Assembly: GCA_011109175.1 (NCBI GenBank)
Contig: RDEW01000023.1
Span: 469,225 to 533,224, forward strand
Length of the DNA stretch: 64,000 nt
Source: Dicyema japonicum
Taxonomy: Eukaryota > Animalia > Dicyemida
Direction: 5' to 3'
The position numbers were made by a program, and so were the translations under genes. The notes beneath the pieces were generated by a model. It saw nothing but the letters and a program-made list of their open reading frames with translations, had not been told where the DNA came from and ran no database searches. Numbering within the stretch: the stretch's first letter is position 1; each line of letters begins with the position of its first letter. Of the stretch, positions 22,330 to 35,299 are shown one piece after another.

Positions 22330-25024
22330 TTGCATTATTATTATTATGGCACTTTCACGAAAGCCATAATGTTTATAGCCCCGCATGTGCAACACTCAAA
22401 GAAACAATATTAGTAGTTAGTTTTCTCCATTTCCCCCTGTCGAATGCGAGTGATCTCAATTCGTCTAGGTCGTCCGCGGAAGGGTTTGTCGCAACTGTCA
22501 AAGTAATCTTCTATCGCTTTGTTAGCGAGTGCGTCCAGGTTCATTCTTAGTACATGCCCAAATAGCCTCCACCGGGTATCTATCATCCTTGCTGATGTAA
22601 GAACACATACACTTGTAGATACCACTCCATTCAGAGTAAGCTTCTTAGTTGCATTCTATGGAACGAATCCAGTTTCAATAGTTTGTTGAAGGAACTTCCC
22701 CATGTCCCAGCGTTGTACAGTAGGATCGGTTTCACAAACACGTTGTAAAGCCTGCATCTGATGTCAATTCCAAGTACTTTGGCTCTTAGCCATCTTTTCT
22801 TCAATTTAGCCATTGCCGCATTTGCCAGTGTTTTCCTCCTTAATAATCTTCAGCCAGCTCCTAGTAGAGAGCCGAGCTTATTAGTACGTCTCCATCTTTC
22901 ATGAGTAATATCGTCTTCTCTTTTGATTTCCGTAATTTCAGTTTTGTTTACATTTACGCTGAGAAACCATTTCTCAAGCTCCGCAGGTGCATTTTCTAGC
23001 AGGTGTTGGAGTGCGGTCACATCCCGTGATACAAAATCCACATCATCCGCATAAGATGTCTCTTCTATGTCTCCTATATAGCATTTACGGAGGTCGCGGA
23101 GTGCAGATTCAAGGTATATGGTGAATAGTAAAGGGGAGAGGGAATCACCCTGGGGTGTCCCAATCGTTGTTTTGAAACTGCGGGAAGTTGCTCCTTCTGT
23201 CCTCACAGATAGTCTTGTGTTCGCAAGTAGTAGTCTGATTATCCTAACCGACGATTCATCCAATATTTGCTCAAGCACATTCATCAGTTTCTGTCTGTTT
23301 ATTGAGTCGAAAGCTCTGGAGAGATCTATTCCCAACACGGTTGTTGCGCTCTTGAATCTTTGGTGCGTTGCGCAGCGCCATCTGTGGCTCCATACAATGT
23401 CTGCCGTAGACCTCCCTTCTCGGAACCCACTTTGACTTGCTGGTAGGTATATATTCCGCCACACCCTTTATCCGGCTTAGTGCAATGTTTGCCAGCACCT
23501 TGCGTATCGAATTCAGAAGTATTATCGGGCGGAGATTTTCTACTGGTCCTTTTGATTTGTTCGGTTTTTGTATGGGTATTAATAATCCATTTCCAAGTCC
23601 TAGATCGGTATTAGTTTCAAAGACGTCATTTAGGGTTTTTGCAATTGTGTCGCTAAGTTTTTTTGGCCCATATTTTAGGAGCTCAGGGCTTATGTTGTCC
23701 GGCCCAGCACTCTTGTTGTTCTTCAGTTTATTTATCGCTAATTCCACCTCTTCCACTGTGATTGGGATTTTTAGCGCCTTTGCTTCTCCTTGGAAAGGGG
23801 GAAAGTCATTATTTTCTTTATTCAACAGTGTTTCGAAGTGTCGTGCAATCAATTCTGCTTTTTCTTTCGGGTTACCCACGAATTTTCCATCTTTGTCTTT
23901 GATGTGAAGGATGTTTTGTCCTTTCTTTGTCCGCAGCAGCCGCAAAGCCGCATACATCCTTGAATTGTCTTTTAGGCATTCCACATCTTTTAATAGGGAT
24001 GTAATAATTTCCCGTGAGTGTTTTCTGTTCATCTTTTTGATTTTCCACTTTAGTTCCCTTTGTTGGATATTAAGCTCTTTTTTTTACTCTCGTCTGACGT
24101 GTTTGCCGCTTTTAGTCGTAGCTCTCTGCAATGCTTTGCCATATTTGGCACGTTCGGGTGGTGATCCAATTTTAGGGCGTGATGATTTCGGACTCCAAGG
24201 CATATTTTGGCCGACTTGGAGATTGCCTGTTTTGTTTGATCCCACAGAGTTCGTACTGATGATTCCGGTGCGGTTTTCTCCATAAGAGTCTCGATTTGTT
24301 CGTGATATTTAGCTCTACAAGTGGGCTCTAACCACAATTTTTCTGTCTGAAAGTATATATTGGGCCTTTGTCTCGCCTTCTTCGCGTTTTCAATGTATTT
24401 TTTCCCAGTCAGGTGCTTTTTTACAGAAAGTTTTGCAATGACGATCCTGTGGTCGCTGTCAGTTGTTGTTCCCTGGTAGGAACGTGCATCATTTAGCAGG
24501 TGTTTATCAGACTTTCGGCAGATAATGTAGTCGATTTGATTATATATATTCACGGTCTCCCCGACAGAGTTTTTTCTTTGTCCGTGCCATGTCGTCTTGT
24601 TGCAAGCTGAGTGCGTGAAGGCCGTGTTGCACAGGAATAGGCTATTTACCTCACAGAAGTTCACCAGAGAGGCTCCAGATGCATTTCTTCTTCCGCGCCC
24701 GTGTCTTCCAATAGAGGATTCTTCGCGTCCCATTCGCATTCCGGCTTTTCCATTCATATCTCCCACAACAAAGACAAGGGACGAGGAAGCATTATCAGAG
24801 TATGTGCTTGATAGTTCTGAGTAGAATTCCTCAAGCTCACCGGGGTTCTTGATTACTCGTCCACAGTGTGGTGCATAGACATTTATGACAGTTAATAGAC
24901 TCTTGGACGGGCATAGTTCATTTAGTTTGACTTGTAGGACACATATTCGGTCGTTGACTCTCCAATAGCGATGTAATTTTTTGAGGTAATCCACGTGTAG
25001 GGCAAATCCCATGCCGTAGTGCTT
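22330..25024 (-). mobile_element. RTE-clade LINE (APE-RT), 5'-truncated, few frameshifts, (TAA)n tail
   Basis: APE: VYAPH, GDMNGKAG, GRGRRNASG, NQIDYI, SDHR. RT: QSGFREGRST, QGDSLSPLLF, YADD. No ORF1 seen. Confidence 0.85.
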
Positions 25025-26506
25025 TTAAATAAATGTTGGTCTTTTACTGTATCTTGCGACAGCGTTTTTTGGACGCTTTTCTATCTTCCTTCCTGCAATC
25101 ATCTCTTCATTATTCATGGTTAAATCTTTGAGGATCTTCTCTGTGACCTGCGGGTCCTTAAAGTCTGCCAAAGTTCCTTATGGAAACGGCGCCATATGAG
25201 ACATCTATTGCACGATTTCTGGCTTTGTTCATGATTTTAAGGTGCTTTTCGTTTTCTCTAAGGTACCAGGACGGCTCCTTAATTAGGGTAACGTGGTGCT
25301 GGAAACTACACTTGAAGATGAATTTGACAGTAAAGTAACTCATTCTGACACCAAGTTACTTTTGACCTCTACAGTAACTCCGGAGACAGTCACTCTTGAC
25401 ATTAGAATATGATGCCGTTTAAGGCAGCTATAAACTAACAACCTGGATTTTCCTCAACATTTTGAGGAAATCTACTCTGGCATGTTACCTGAAACGAGAT
25501 AACGATTATCGTTTTCCATGACAGCAAGATAATCGTGCTTTTGTCCGTCGTTTTAAGACTCTGAAAAATTATTTTCTTTATACTAGATAAGCGATATATT
25601 TTTTTGTATTATAATTTTTTTTCTTTTAATTAAATTATTTTATCTTAATATTTTTAAATCATCACGTTTCCTATATATTTTTTGTGTATTATTGTGTGTC
25701 GTGGTTTGTTAATCAAGTTATCAGTGATGATACGAGACCTGTGTTGATTTTTCTTGATAATGATTGCTCTCTGAGATAATTGATTAACAACTCTAAACCT
25801 GTGACTATCGTTTAGTAAAAATTATCAAAAATAGTAAAATTTTTCTGATTAGTATTGAAACATAACCAGTACAATGAATTTTGACAATTTGCAGTCTTGT
25901 GTTTACCTTTCGTTTTCATTCGCGGATATCTTTTTATCTGCGAAGAACTAAAGGAAAATCATTTGACCCTTATGACCCCGTTATTAAGAATTATCTAACG
26001 TAATGGAAATGACTCTTTCAGATTTTCTCAAAAATGACTTATCAAAAATATGAAATTTAAACTCAGTAGACCAAAAAAATAGTTAGCAAGAGTCCCCAGT
26101 AGGAGAGAAAGTTGATTGATCGGATCTACGATGAAGTAGTAAAAAGAAATAATAGTATTGTTCTAAGGGACGCGATGAATCTCAAATCTTCCTCTTGGGT
26201 TCTCCGCTAGTTTTTGTCACGTCATTTTAGTCGCCGCAATCATGAAAGATGTTACTGATTACTTTGAACTAACAAAAACTATTTTATTGAGATTTTATGA
26301 TTATCTGCAGGGCGATTATTTTGACTTTATAAATCGGAAATTTTGACCTAAAATTGACTTGATTGACCTTAAAATTTTAAAAGTTTGACCTCTTTTGACT
26401 TTATGATAAATTTATCTACAAAAAAATTTTAATATATAAAAAACTAATCAAAATCTTTATTAAAATACAGAATAATGTAATTCGAAACGTTGTCGAATTA
26501 CATTGT

Positions 26507-29262
26507 AGCGTGGCGTTATGTGGTCCACCAATTCAAAAAATTCAAAAGGATTTGGCAACGCCCAGAGGGCTTCTAATACCCTCCCGAAAAGGACCATTAG
26601 AAAGTCCAAACATTCCGGCGAAAACCCTCAGCCCACTGTGGTGAAAAGAAATTTACTGCTCTCCAACTAAACATCAACGGAATTAAAGGGAAGGTCAGGG
26701 AACTCCGTTCAATCCTGGCAAATCAGAAGATCGACGTGGCCATGATTCAAGAAACTAAACTCCGCATGCATGATTCCACTCCTTCATTCCCTAGATACGA
26801 GGCAATCAGGATGGACCGTAAAAGAGAAAAGGGGGTGGACTACCTACTCTATTCAAAAAGAACCTGAAATGCAGAGACATTACTTCGGAAGTCTTGTTGG
26901 AAATGACGAGGTTACTGAGGCAATTGGAATCTCGCTTGGGACAACGAAAGGAAGTATGTTCCTCGTGAATATCTACTTCCTCCTCCCGGCTCCTGCCCAA
27001 AGGACTATGTTATTCAAAACCTATCAAGATTGGCTATCTACGAGAAGATCATCATATGTGGAGATTTAAACGCAAAGCATCCCTTATGGTTGTCAACCCA
27101 ACAGGCCGACACGAGAGGGAAGCTATTGTTATTGAAATCGGACTCCCTAACGATGCTGAATGACCCAGCGAAAAATACAAGGACCCTACTCAGAGAGACG
27201 GATTAGTCTACCTCTCCCGACGTAACACTCTACTTCACATCACTTTCATCGAAAATTACCTGGTCATTCTTCTACGAAACAAGAAGCGATCATTACCCAA
27301 TTGTGATGAAGATCAAGAGAGAAGCCAAAGTGAGAACACCTACTAGTTATAATTACAAAGCTGCTAATTGGGAATTGTATCGCGCAATCTCGGAATGATA
27401 GACTGAAGAATTGTTACTTGGACAGCTTCAAATCGCTAGAAAAGCGATCAAATACTTTACTTGCACAATCCTAGAAGCAAGATTATTGGCTATTCCCAAA
27501 CACCGTCTAAATTCCTCTAATGATCGAGGGAAGTCGGCATTGATCAAAGAAAGAAATCACCTAAAAAATCTAATTGGATCACATTAAAAACGAAACTGCG
27601 GATCAGAGCTCTAAACAACGAAATAAAGGCCAGAGAGCTCAAAACCCAGAAATTGAGGTGGAATCGGATTCTTACAAAGGTAAATCGCAACCGTAGTACC
27701 GGAGAAGTGTGGAAAGCCATTCGAAATGTTGCAAAGGGCGAAGAAACTTCCCCGAGGATGACTATACTCAACGAGACGTTAACAATTTGATAAAATTCTA
27801 CACAGAAATTTCGTACAAGAAACACATCAAGTCGGAAGTGCTTCTCTTTTCACGCAGAAATCTGAAGAAGGATTCAAACCCAGTTTATTTCTCAGATGAA
27901 AACGTGAAGAATGCGCTGAGTTTTACAAGAACAACGTACTCTGCCGGTCCCGACAACATTCCAGTAGTGTTATTGAAGAACCTTAGAGATATGGGAGTTG
28001 GTTTTTTAACGTCGATTTTCAACTATTCAATTATTTGGAATGTAATACCATTGTTATGGAACCAAGCATACATCCGACCTATACTGAAACCAGGAAAACC
28101 TAAGAAAGATCCGGCATCATTTAGACCTGTGTCATTGTTATGTTCCGAATCGAACATTCTGGAGAGGCTTGTGCTTGTGAGAATCAATTCTTAAAAGGAT
28201 TTTCAACACGGATTCAAGAGCGATTCTACATCAACGTACTACAGTCATTAGAGATGGTTTTTCAAACAAACCAAGGCATTTGAAGACAGTCTTATGTTCC
28301 ATTGATATTAACAAGGCCTTTGATTCTATTTCGAGAAAAATATTATAAATGAAAATTTTCCAGTCCGAGATCCAGGGGAAGCTTAAACTTTGGATAACAA
28401 ATTTCTTAAGTGGACGAAGGTGACGTGTATGCCTCGGAGGACTGAAATCAGTCTCACGTCTTCTCCCAAACGGTGTCCCCCAAGGATCTCCTTTATCCCC
28501 TGCCTTATTCAATTTATACCTGGCAGACCTCCCGACACCGGAATCCAATAACGATGTTCTACTCACATATGCGGACGACATTGTTTTGGCCTCGCGTGAT
28601 CGGGATATCCAAAATGCTACAGAAAGATTACAAATTAACCTGGACCGACTCAACGCCTGGGTAATGAAGAACCGACTCACGATAAATTCCAGAAAGTCGG
28701 TCACGTCTATGTTTACTTCGGACAAAAGGTTGGGGAAGATGACTGTCAAGTTAAAATTGGACAACTTTGAAATCCCCTTCACCAAATGTCAGAAGATCCT
28801 GGGCGTGACACTGGATACACACCTATGTTTGTCACCACACGTGGCAAACATTGTTCTGAAGTGCGAGAAGAGGATCAATGTATTAAAATGTTTATCTGGA
28901 ATATGGAAGACAGGTACCCACCCGATTTTTATAAACATTTACAAACAATACATCGAACAATGCTTCTCATACGCGTGTGCTTCGTGGGAACCCTCATTAT
29001 CATGGACGAACATAAGAAAATCGAGGACGTTCAAAAGAAGGCTTTCAGAATGACGGAGCGGTGGTCTTGTGGGAGACACACTGAAGGCCCTCATTAAACA
29101 AAACTCCGGCATGCGGGAAGGTGGCCCTGCAAATACAGTCAGCCGCCCGGTACGAGCTTGTGTGGGTACGAGGGAGGAGCACCGGGAAAGGATGAGGATT
29201 TTGGCGGAGCACATCGGGATCACGTGATAGTTAGTTTTGGTTTTACCGTGGTTCCGGGTGTT
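26507..29262 (+). mobile_element. Near-full-length decayed Vingi-like LINE (short structured 5' leader, APE, RT, no RNase H seen)
   Basis: The 5' end AGCGTGGCGTTATGTGGTCC is shared with 39759. APE QLNINGIK...AMIQETKL starts ~150 nt downstream. RT QGSPLSP/YADD; 3' GGGATCAC tail. Clade assignment is inferred from architecture. Confidence 0.8.
26511..26597 (+). ncRNA. Candidate HDV-like ribozyme fold at the LINE 5' end
   Basis: P1 GGCGTT/AACGCC, P2 GTGGTCC/GGACCAT, P3 CCAA/TTGG, P4 GAGGG/CCCTC and J4/2 CCGAAAA, in HDV order. L3 is non-canonical (it contains a small duplication). Confidence 0.5.
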
Positions 29263-30460
29263 AAAAAAATTTTTATCGGGTTTAAAATTTCGGTCTTTAG
29301 ATAGTAATTTTCCCAATAAAGAAAAACTTCTGTCAACAGATAATGTGGAAGGACACTTTTTAAGATAGTTGTATACATATGGAGAAATATGTTGTTTTTC
29401 CATTTTGAAGTAGAAAGCACTTGATTTACAGATAATCTTGATTCTAGATACTTCCCGATTTCCACATAAATCGTCCGTAAATGCAATTTCTTAATGTCTT
29501 CAACAGGGTCTTTTATAGTGAAATAGGTTTCTACTGCCTTCTTTATCATTTCACATATATCGTCATATTGGCATAATATTGATGATATATTTGTATGTAG
29601 TTCGTTTTGACAAACTGCTTGCAAACATCTTTCGACTAAAATCCCCTCTCCAGTGAAACTTTCAATTATTTTTTTTATTTCTGTGTAATTTTTGCAATAA
29701 TAGCGGACTGCTTCCATCCAACTCCCCCATCTTGTTAGAATAACTTCAGGTGGATAACCCGATTTCAGCAATTTTTTTTCTTCGTGTCTTGTTTTTGACA
29801 GTTGCGGCCTTTATCGATGAAAATTAAAAAACCCGCATCCTTAAAATATCCTCCTATTTTAAGGCAACAGTTATGAAGAAGATGAAGAACACATGTTACA
29901 TGATGCAAATTCGTGTATAAAACCTTCAATACCTGTGTGGCAGCTACCATTTATCTGGCTACATCAGATACCAGTAATACAAAATTATCGCGATTTATTG
30001 CAAAATTCCTTAGCACATCGTCAATTATCTGACAGACAATCGACGAGTTAGCTGCAGAAGACAATGGACGACAAGATATTAAAAATATTTTCTTGGGATC
30101 AGAAATTCTACCAATAAGTGTATTGATATATTTCTGTCCCCGGATATCAGTTTCGTCAATCAAAACAAAAATTTTCAGATCTATAATAAATGCAAAAAAA
30201 CCTAAAAAATAGCTTAATTCCCTCAAGCTGTTTCTGGCATAAATTTTCTACACTTTTTCGGCAAGCGAAAGTAAAAGGAAGATTATGTCCAATACTCTCA
30301 AACAAGTCTCGTAAGCTTTTACTGTTAACTTATGCAAGGGAATATCGGATTCGACAAAAGCGTATAACTTCATCATTCTATCGAGTTCCTTTTTGCTGAA
30401 ATCAGGACTGTTTCTCTTTTCAGGGGTTTTTATATTGAGAGAGTCTTCCACATGAATGAC
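29262..30460 (-). mobile_element. Decayed hAT-like DDE transposase element
   Basis: LIDETDIRG, LLVSDVARY, HVTCVLHLLHNC, PPEVILTRWGSW, and a C-terminal DRSFSLLGKLLSKDRNF. Confidence 0.7.
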
Positions 30461-30699
30461 AGGGACTCCTGTTTGTTAAACGCGGAAATGATTTTTCTCC
30501 ATTCATTTATTTCCTTTTTTTCAGAAATTTTCTTTATTTCGCTATCGGTATCTAATTTCTGATGATGGCCTTTGGATGCCTTTGAGTCGATTACGTTATT
30601 CACAATATTCTTCGTTTTGTGGTCAAAACATTTAATGTAGAATTTGGTTGACCTTTATCTGATCAATACCTTCATTACTTTTGGATCTTTCTGTTAACA

Positions 30700-31560
30700 T
30701 AGGAAACTGCATTATCGAGTGAGCTGAAATGTACTGTGTCGAAATTTGCTAAGCTTATATCCACATATTGAGCAAAATCTTTTCAATGAACGTTTCTGTA
30801 ATCCAGGAAAGTGTTTCGTCTTCTTTCAAGATGAGTGTGTTCTTCATCCGAATGAAAATATGATTTTGGTCCCTCCGGAAGTAATAAATCACAAACCAGT
30901 TGGCGAGAGAAGAAATGTTAGGGGGTGGAAAGGGTCAAACCAGGTGAAGTCGTGTTGTCATAAGCTCTATAAGGTGTTCTTGTGTTCTTTAAGGATTATG
31001 AAATTATCCAGTGGAGAGAGAAGGAGATTTTCTATGGCATCAGCAGTTTGGCTTTTGTACCAGGTCGGGGGTTTCGCATTGAGGTCGCCACAGATCAACA
31101 AACGTTGTTATTGATGTATTACATCCACGGAGAAGGTAAACTCCTTTGGGCAGGAGCTGGTAGAGAGAATGTACATGTTCACAATTGTAATGTTTCCCAT
31201 GTTTGTTTGAATGGAGATCCCAATGTATTCCACGGAAGATGAAGGATCATAATGGAAGGCGTTATTGTGCGCCCGATCTCACTTATTACGAGAGTAATGA
31301 ATCCTCCACGGTCAAACTGGAGATCCTTTCTGATAACAGTGTATCCCGGAAGTGTTGGAGTGGGTGAAGAGTGTGTCAATTTCGTATCCTATCGGAGGCA
31401 CACGTCGACGTCGTATTTCTTTAAAAAGTTATGAGCTTGATTATCTTTCCTCTCAATACATTTATGTTGAGTTGAATGATGGAATGAGATTTCGCTAGTC
31501 CCGGATAGGTTTGATGTCTCCAAAGATGATTAAGAGCGTTCTTAACAAGTCAGATGAGTA
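30700..31560 (-). mobile_element. 5' part of an APE-RT LINE with a 2A-like relic
   Basis: DLLRTLLIIFGDIKP(N)PGL, then IIQLNINVLRGK and YDVDVCL..TKL..PTPTLPGYTVIRKD APE motifs. Confidence 0.7.
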
Positions 31561-31892
31561 ATACAGAGAGAGCCTCCAAGTGGCTTCTTACATAGGTAAT
31601 CTGAAAGATAGTTGGAATATGAAATCTTAAAAGACGCCTTGCAAAATAAATTAAAATCCTACACAAGTGTTCACATGGAGGAGTCAACAAAATCGAATAT
31701 GATAGTCCACAACAATATTTTGCCAATAAAATTATTCTTTGAACTTGATAAATTAATTGATAGATTCCAAACCACGTCAGTCAGATCCGATATCACATTG
31801 CATTCAACCAAATAGACCTAAAGTCCTAAATATATTATATCTTAGCCCCACTTTATTTTAATAAACAATAAAAAAGTTAATATATTTATTAA

Positions 31893-34800
31893 TCAACAAC
31901 CTTCCTCGCCTGCCTGTTCGCCAGCCTCCTCAGGCAGGTTCGATTCTGGTTGCTGAAACAACTCCGAGAGCGCTTTGTCTAATTGAACCCTCTGCCCATA
32001 TGGCATCTCAGGGCTCTGCCTCCTATACTCCAGTGTCAGGCTCTCTAGGGTCCGCTTTAACACAGTGGACTGTAGATAGGCCTGGAGCTTCCTATCTACC
32101 CCCAACTGCTTCAGATAACCCTTGTGGTACTTTGTTGCAATTCCTTCCCACGTCATTACTATAGGAATAACGAGGACCTTGCAACCAAGCATCTGCCCCA
32201 TCTCGTTTGCAAGAAAGTCATACTTCCTTTTTTTCTCCACCTCCACAGTCTGCAAACGGTCTTGAGACGTGATGCCAACCTCTATGATAAGGACTTGGCC
32301 AGACTCCTTATCGTGTACCACAATGTCCGGTTTATTGTGCTTGACTAGCACCGAGGTACGGATAACACTGTCTACCTTAATTTGGACCCTGGTGTTCTCT
32401 ACTACAGATTGCACCTTATGAGTCCGCAACTTTCTGGTGTGGCGAATACCATACTTATTGCATAGTAGAAGATGAAGACTCCTTACTACCTCGTTGTGCC
32501 TCCACACATAGTCGTGGCAGAGCATGGATCCACATCGAGTGGCTAAATGATCAACCGACATGCTCCTTGACTTACAGTGGGGACATGTATTTGTTGATCG
32601 ACCCCAAAAAATATTGCGGTCTTGCATATACGTGTACAACGCCTCCGATCGAGGTGAGTTGTCACCGTATTTTAGCCATATTGTCGACGACTTAAGGTCG
32701 ACATGTGGGTTGTCCAATGCTCTGAAGAGGACCTTATGAAGGCTTTTTAAGTTGATCTTTTCCATCAAATTATTATATTGTAATTCGATCAACGCCTTCA
32801 CATTTACTAGCCCACCATCATCAACACCATACTTAGCAGACAAAAAAGGTCTGATAGTGCCTAGGTGGGTTGCCCGTGTTTTCTCGGTCGTTATTATGGC
32901 GTGCTTCCTAGCAGACACACTTGACCCAGCTATCAGGGTGTCGTGCATTCGCATTAGGATGCGCTCACTTAGTTGGACTACTCCACACAGTCCACGGCCG
33001 AATTTATCACGGGGTAAATATAGTCTCTCCTTATTGGCTGCCAACACATGGACATGGTTCTCTCTGAGTACTCCACGGATCATAACATCCATCTCATCAT
33101 ACTCTTTGGGCTCAAACTCCACAACACCTATGTAGTAGTTTAGCAGCGAGACAGCATACTCATTTAATGCTAGGAACAAATTCCTTGCATTTAGAGACGT
33201 CTTACACAATAACGCTGCTCTTTTACGGATGCCTTCAGTAATTTGTCGCTTTGTCTCAGGCATTATAAGGGACTTTGGAGATTCGGTAACACCCAGATAC
33301 TTATATCCTTCGTGTTCCTCTAGGACTCTTACTAACTCGCTACATACTTGCGTGTTAGTCGCAGACTTTGAATAATTCAAATCTAGCCCTATACTCTCAA
33401 AGAATTCCCTGGCACAGACCCCCATGGAGTAGAGCTCCTCGGCTGTTCGAGCATACATCTTCAAGTCATCGATAAAAAGAAGGTGATTTGTACTGAAACA
33501 GACCCCTTCACAATGAACTGGTATTTGCTCAAACCGGTCATTGAGGCGGCGACTCAATGGCTCCAAACAGAGAACAAAGAGTAGCGGAGACATGCTATCC
33601 CCTGAAGGATCCCCCTCTTGAGTTTTACCTCGCCTATCCGGTGCCTATTATAGTTCAGATGAATACTCCACCTATTCATCACAGCCACTACAAAGCTGAT
33701 GAACCACACAGGCATACACAGACTGTGTAGGCACTCGACAAGGTAAGAATGATCAACTGAATCGTAAGCCTTCTTCACATCCACCCACATAGACAAAAGT
33801 GAGTTTCCGTGAGACACAGAAAGGCATTTGTTGATCAAAGCCTGCTCTTTTGCCCCCTGACAATTTCGCACAGTTCCCAACTGATTCTCGGAGAGAATCC
33901 CATTTGCGTCTACAAAGCTCCTGACCTCATTAGCCACTAATTTGGTCATCAGCTTATACAGGGTTGGCATGCAGGTTATCGGTCGATAATCTGCAGCAGA
34001 CTGGGGGTTGTCCAGCTTTGGGATCAAATAAGTTGTCCCTGTGCATGCCCAATCAGGAATCGTTTCCGGGTTAGTGATGCTTTTCTGTAATACACGACAC
34101 ATAGACTCGTGTAATGAAGTGCATCTTTTGATAAAGAAATTATAAACTTTATCGACCCCGGTCGTCTTCCAATCAGGGAGATGTCTCACTACCGCCTCAA
34201 ATTTCTTGCGAAAATCGAAAATTCCGCAAGATTCCGCCAAGAAAGGAGCGGCGCTGTACGGGACATTCCACGCATTTCCTCTGCGTGGTTTAGCCTCCCA
34301 CATACTACCCCATGTGGAAAGCATTTCCGCGTCCTGCTGGGAACATACACTATGGCCATTTTCGTGTAGGCGACGGTAAAACAATCTGCGATTAAACTCA
34401 AACAGATTATTTTCTCTCCTTCTCTTACACCGACTTTCATGTGTATAGAGTTTCCTCTTATACACCATTATTGCCCCCTCTAACTCCACCTTTGCCCTCC
34501 TCAACTCTTTGAGGTCCCATTTGGGAACACGGAGTTTACTAATTAGCCCCTTTACTATAGCCGGTGCTTTTCCTCTAACCCCTCTCGCCACACTACTTAT
34601 GTGCCCCTCCAGTGCTTCCAGCTCAGTCTGTCTCCAAGCAATCTTGGCACAGATCTGCTCCCTCCATTTACTGGGTGGTCTGGGCTTGTCCGTCAATTCC
34701 TCATAGGTGATCTGTGCTGCATACAGCACTAGGGAGATGTCACCCAATGACCCTACTGGCTTAGCCTCCACCGCATAAGCCACAGCCTTATTGATGCAGG

Positions 34801-35299
34801 TTAACACTCCACCGTTAACCTTACAATGAGGAATCTTGCGGGTAAATCTACGGTCCTCAAGTGGGACATCTGCCGCTGCAGCGAGATTCCGCGCAAAGAC
34901 CTCATAAACATGCTTGAGCTGCAACGTATCACAGCTCTGGTGCTCGTGCTCTCTTTGACAGTTGTGGTCACCTGGTCCCCGCCCCTTTAGACCAGTACCC
35001 TCTTTGCCTACAGCCATCTTCTTGAGTTCACTCACAGATATAGCAGTACTGAATCTGCCACTGCAGAGCTCCGCCAAGTATGGCCATCCATTCCAGGGCA
35101 TTCGAGATAGCCTGCTACGTACCTGCAGGACTACCTGCCTCGCCCATTCTTTTGGGTCATCTGCCACAACGCTCTCGGATATGGCAAGAATTACATTCAT
35201 ACCATCAGGTAACGCAAGTGACCCTTCTCCTTTTTTCCTTTCAACATTTTTGCCAACTCGAGAGAGTTTTAACGCCACCGAATCGAACGCACGTTGCAT
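31893..35299 (-). mobile_element. Near-intact R4/Dong-like non-LTR retrotransposon (RT, CCHC finger, REL endonuclease) with a single frameshift near 33600
   Basis: Two long overlapping ORFs (581 aa and 566 aa): YRPITCMPTLYK, WVDVKKAYDSVDH, GILQG|DSMSPLLF, LLFIDDLK, CPHC..SVDHLATRC, RHNEVV, KPDIVV, IEVGIT and EKKRKY. Confidence 0.9.

Noticed and set aside
23118-24824. Plus-strand ORFs of 75-156 aa over the RTE (and similar antisense ORFs over other retroelements)
   Set aside because: They are shadow ORFs antisense to RT/APE coding sequence and have no independent motifs.
26617-26634. GENPQP as a 2A motif (and GDILVLG near 39855)
   Set aside because: Both lack the D(V/I)E core or NPGP and the upstream Leu-rich helix, and they are not conserved between the two copies.
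33590-33610. Programmed ribosomal frameshift between the two R4/Dong ORFs
   Set aside because: There is no slippery heptamer, the break lies inside the conserved QGD-SP RT motif, and a single missing G in a homopolymer explains it.
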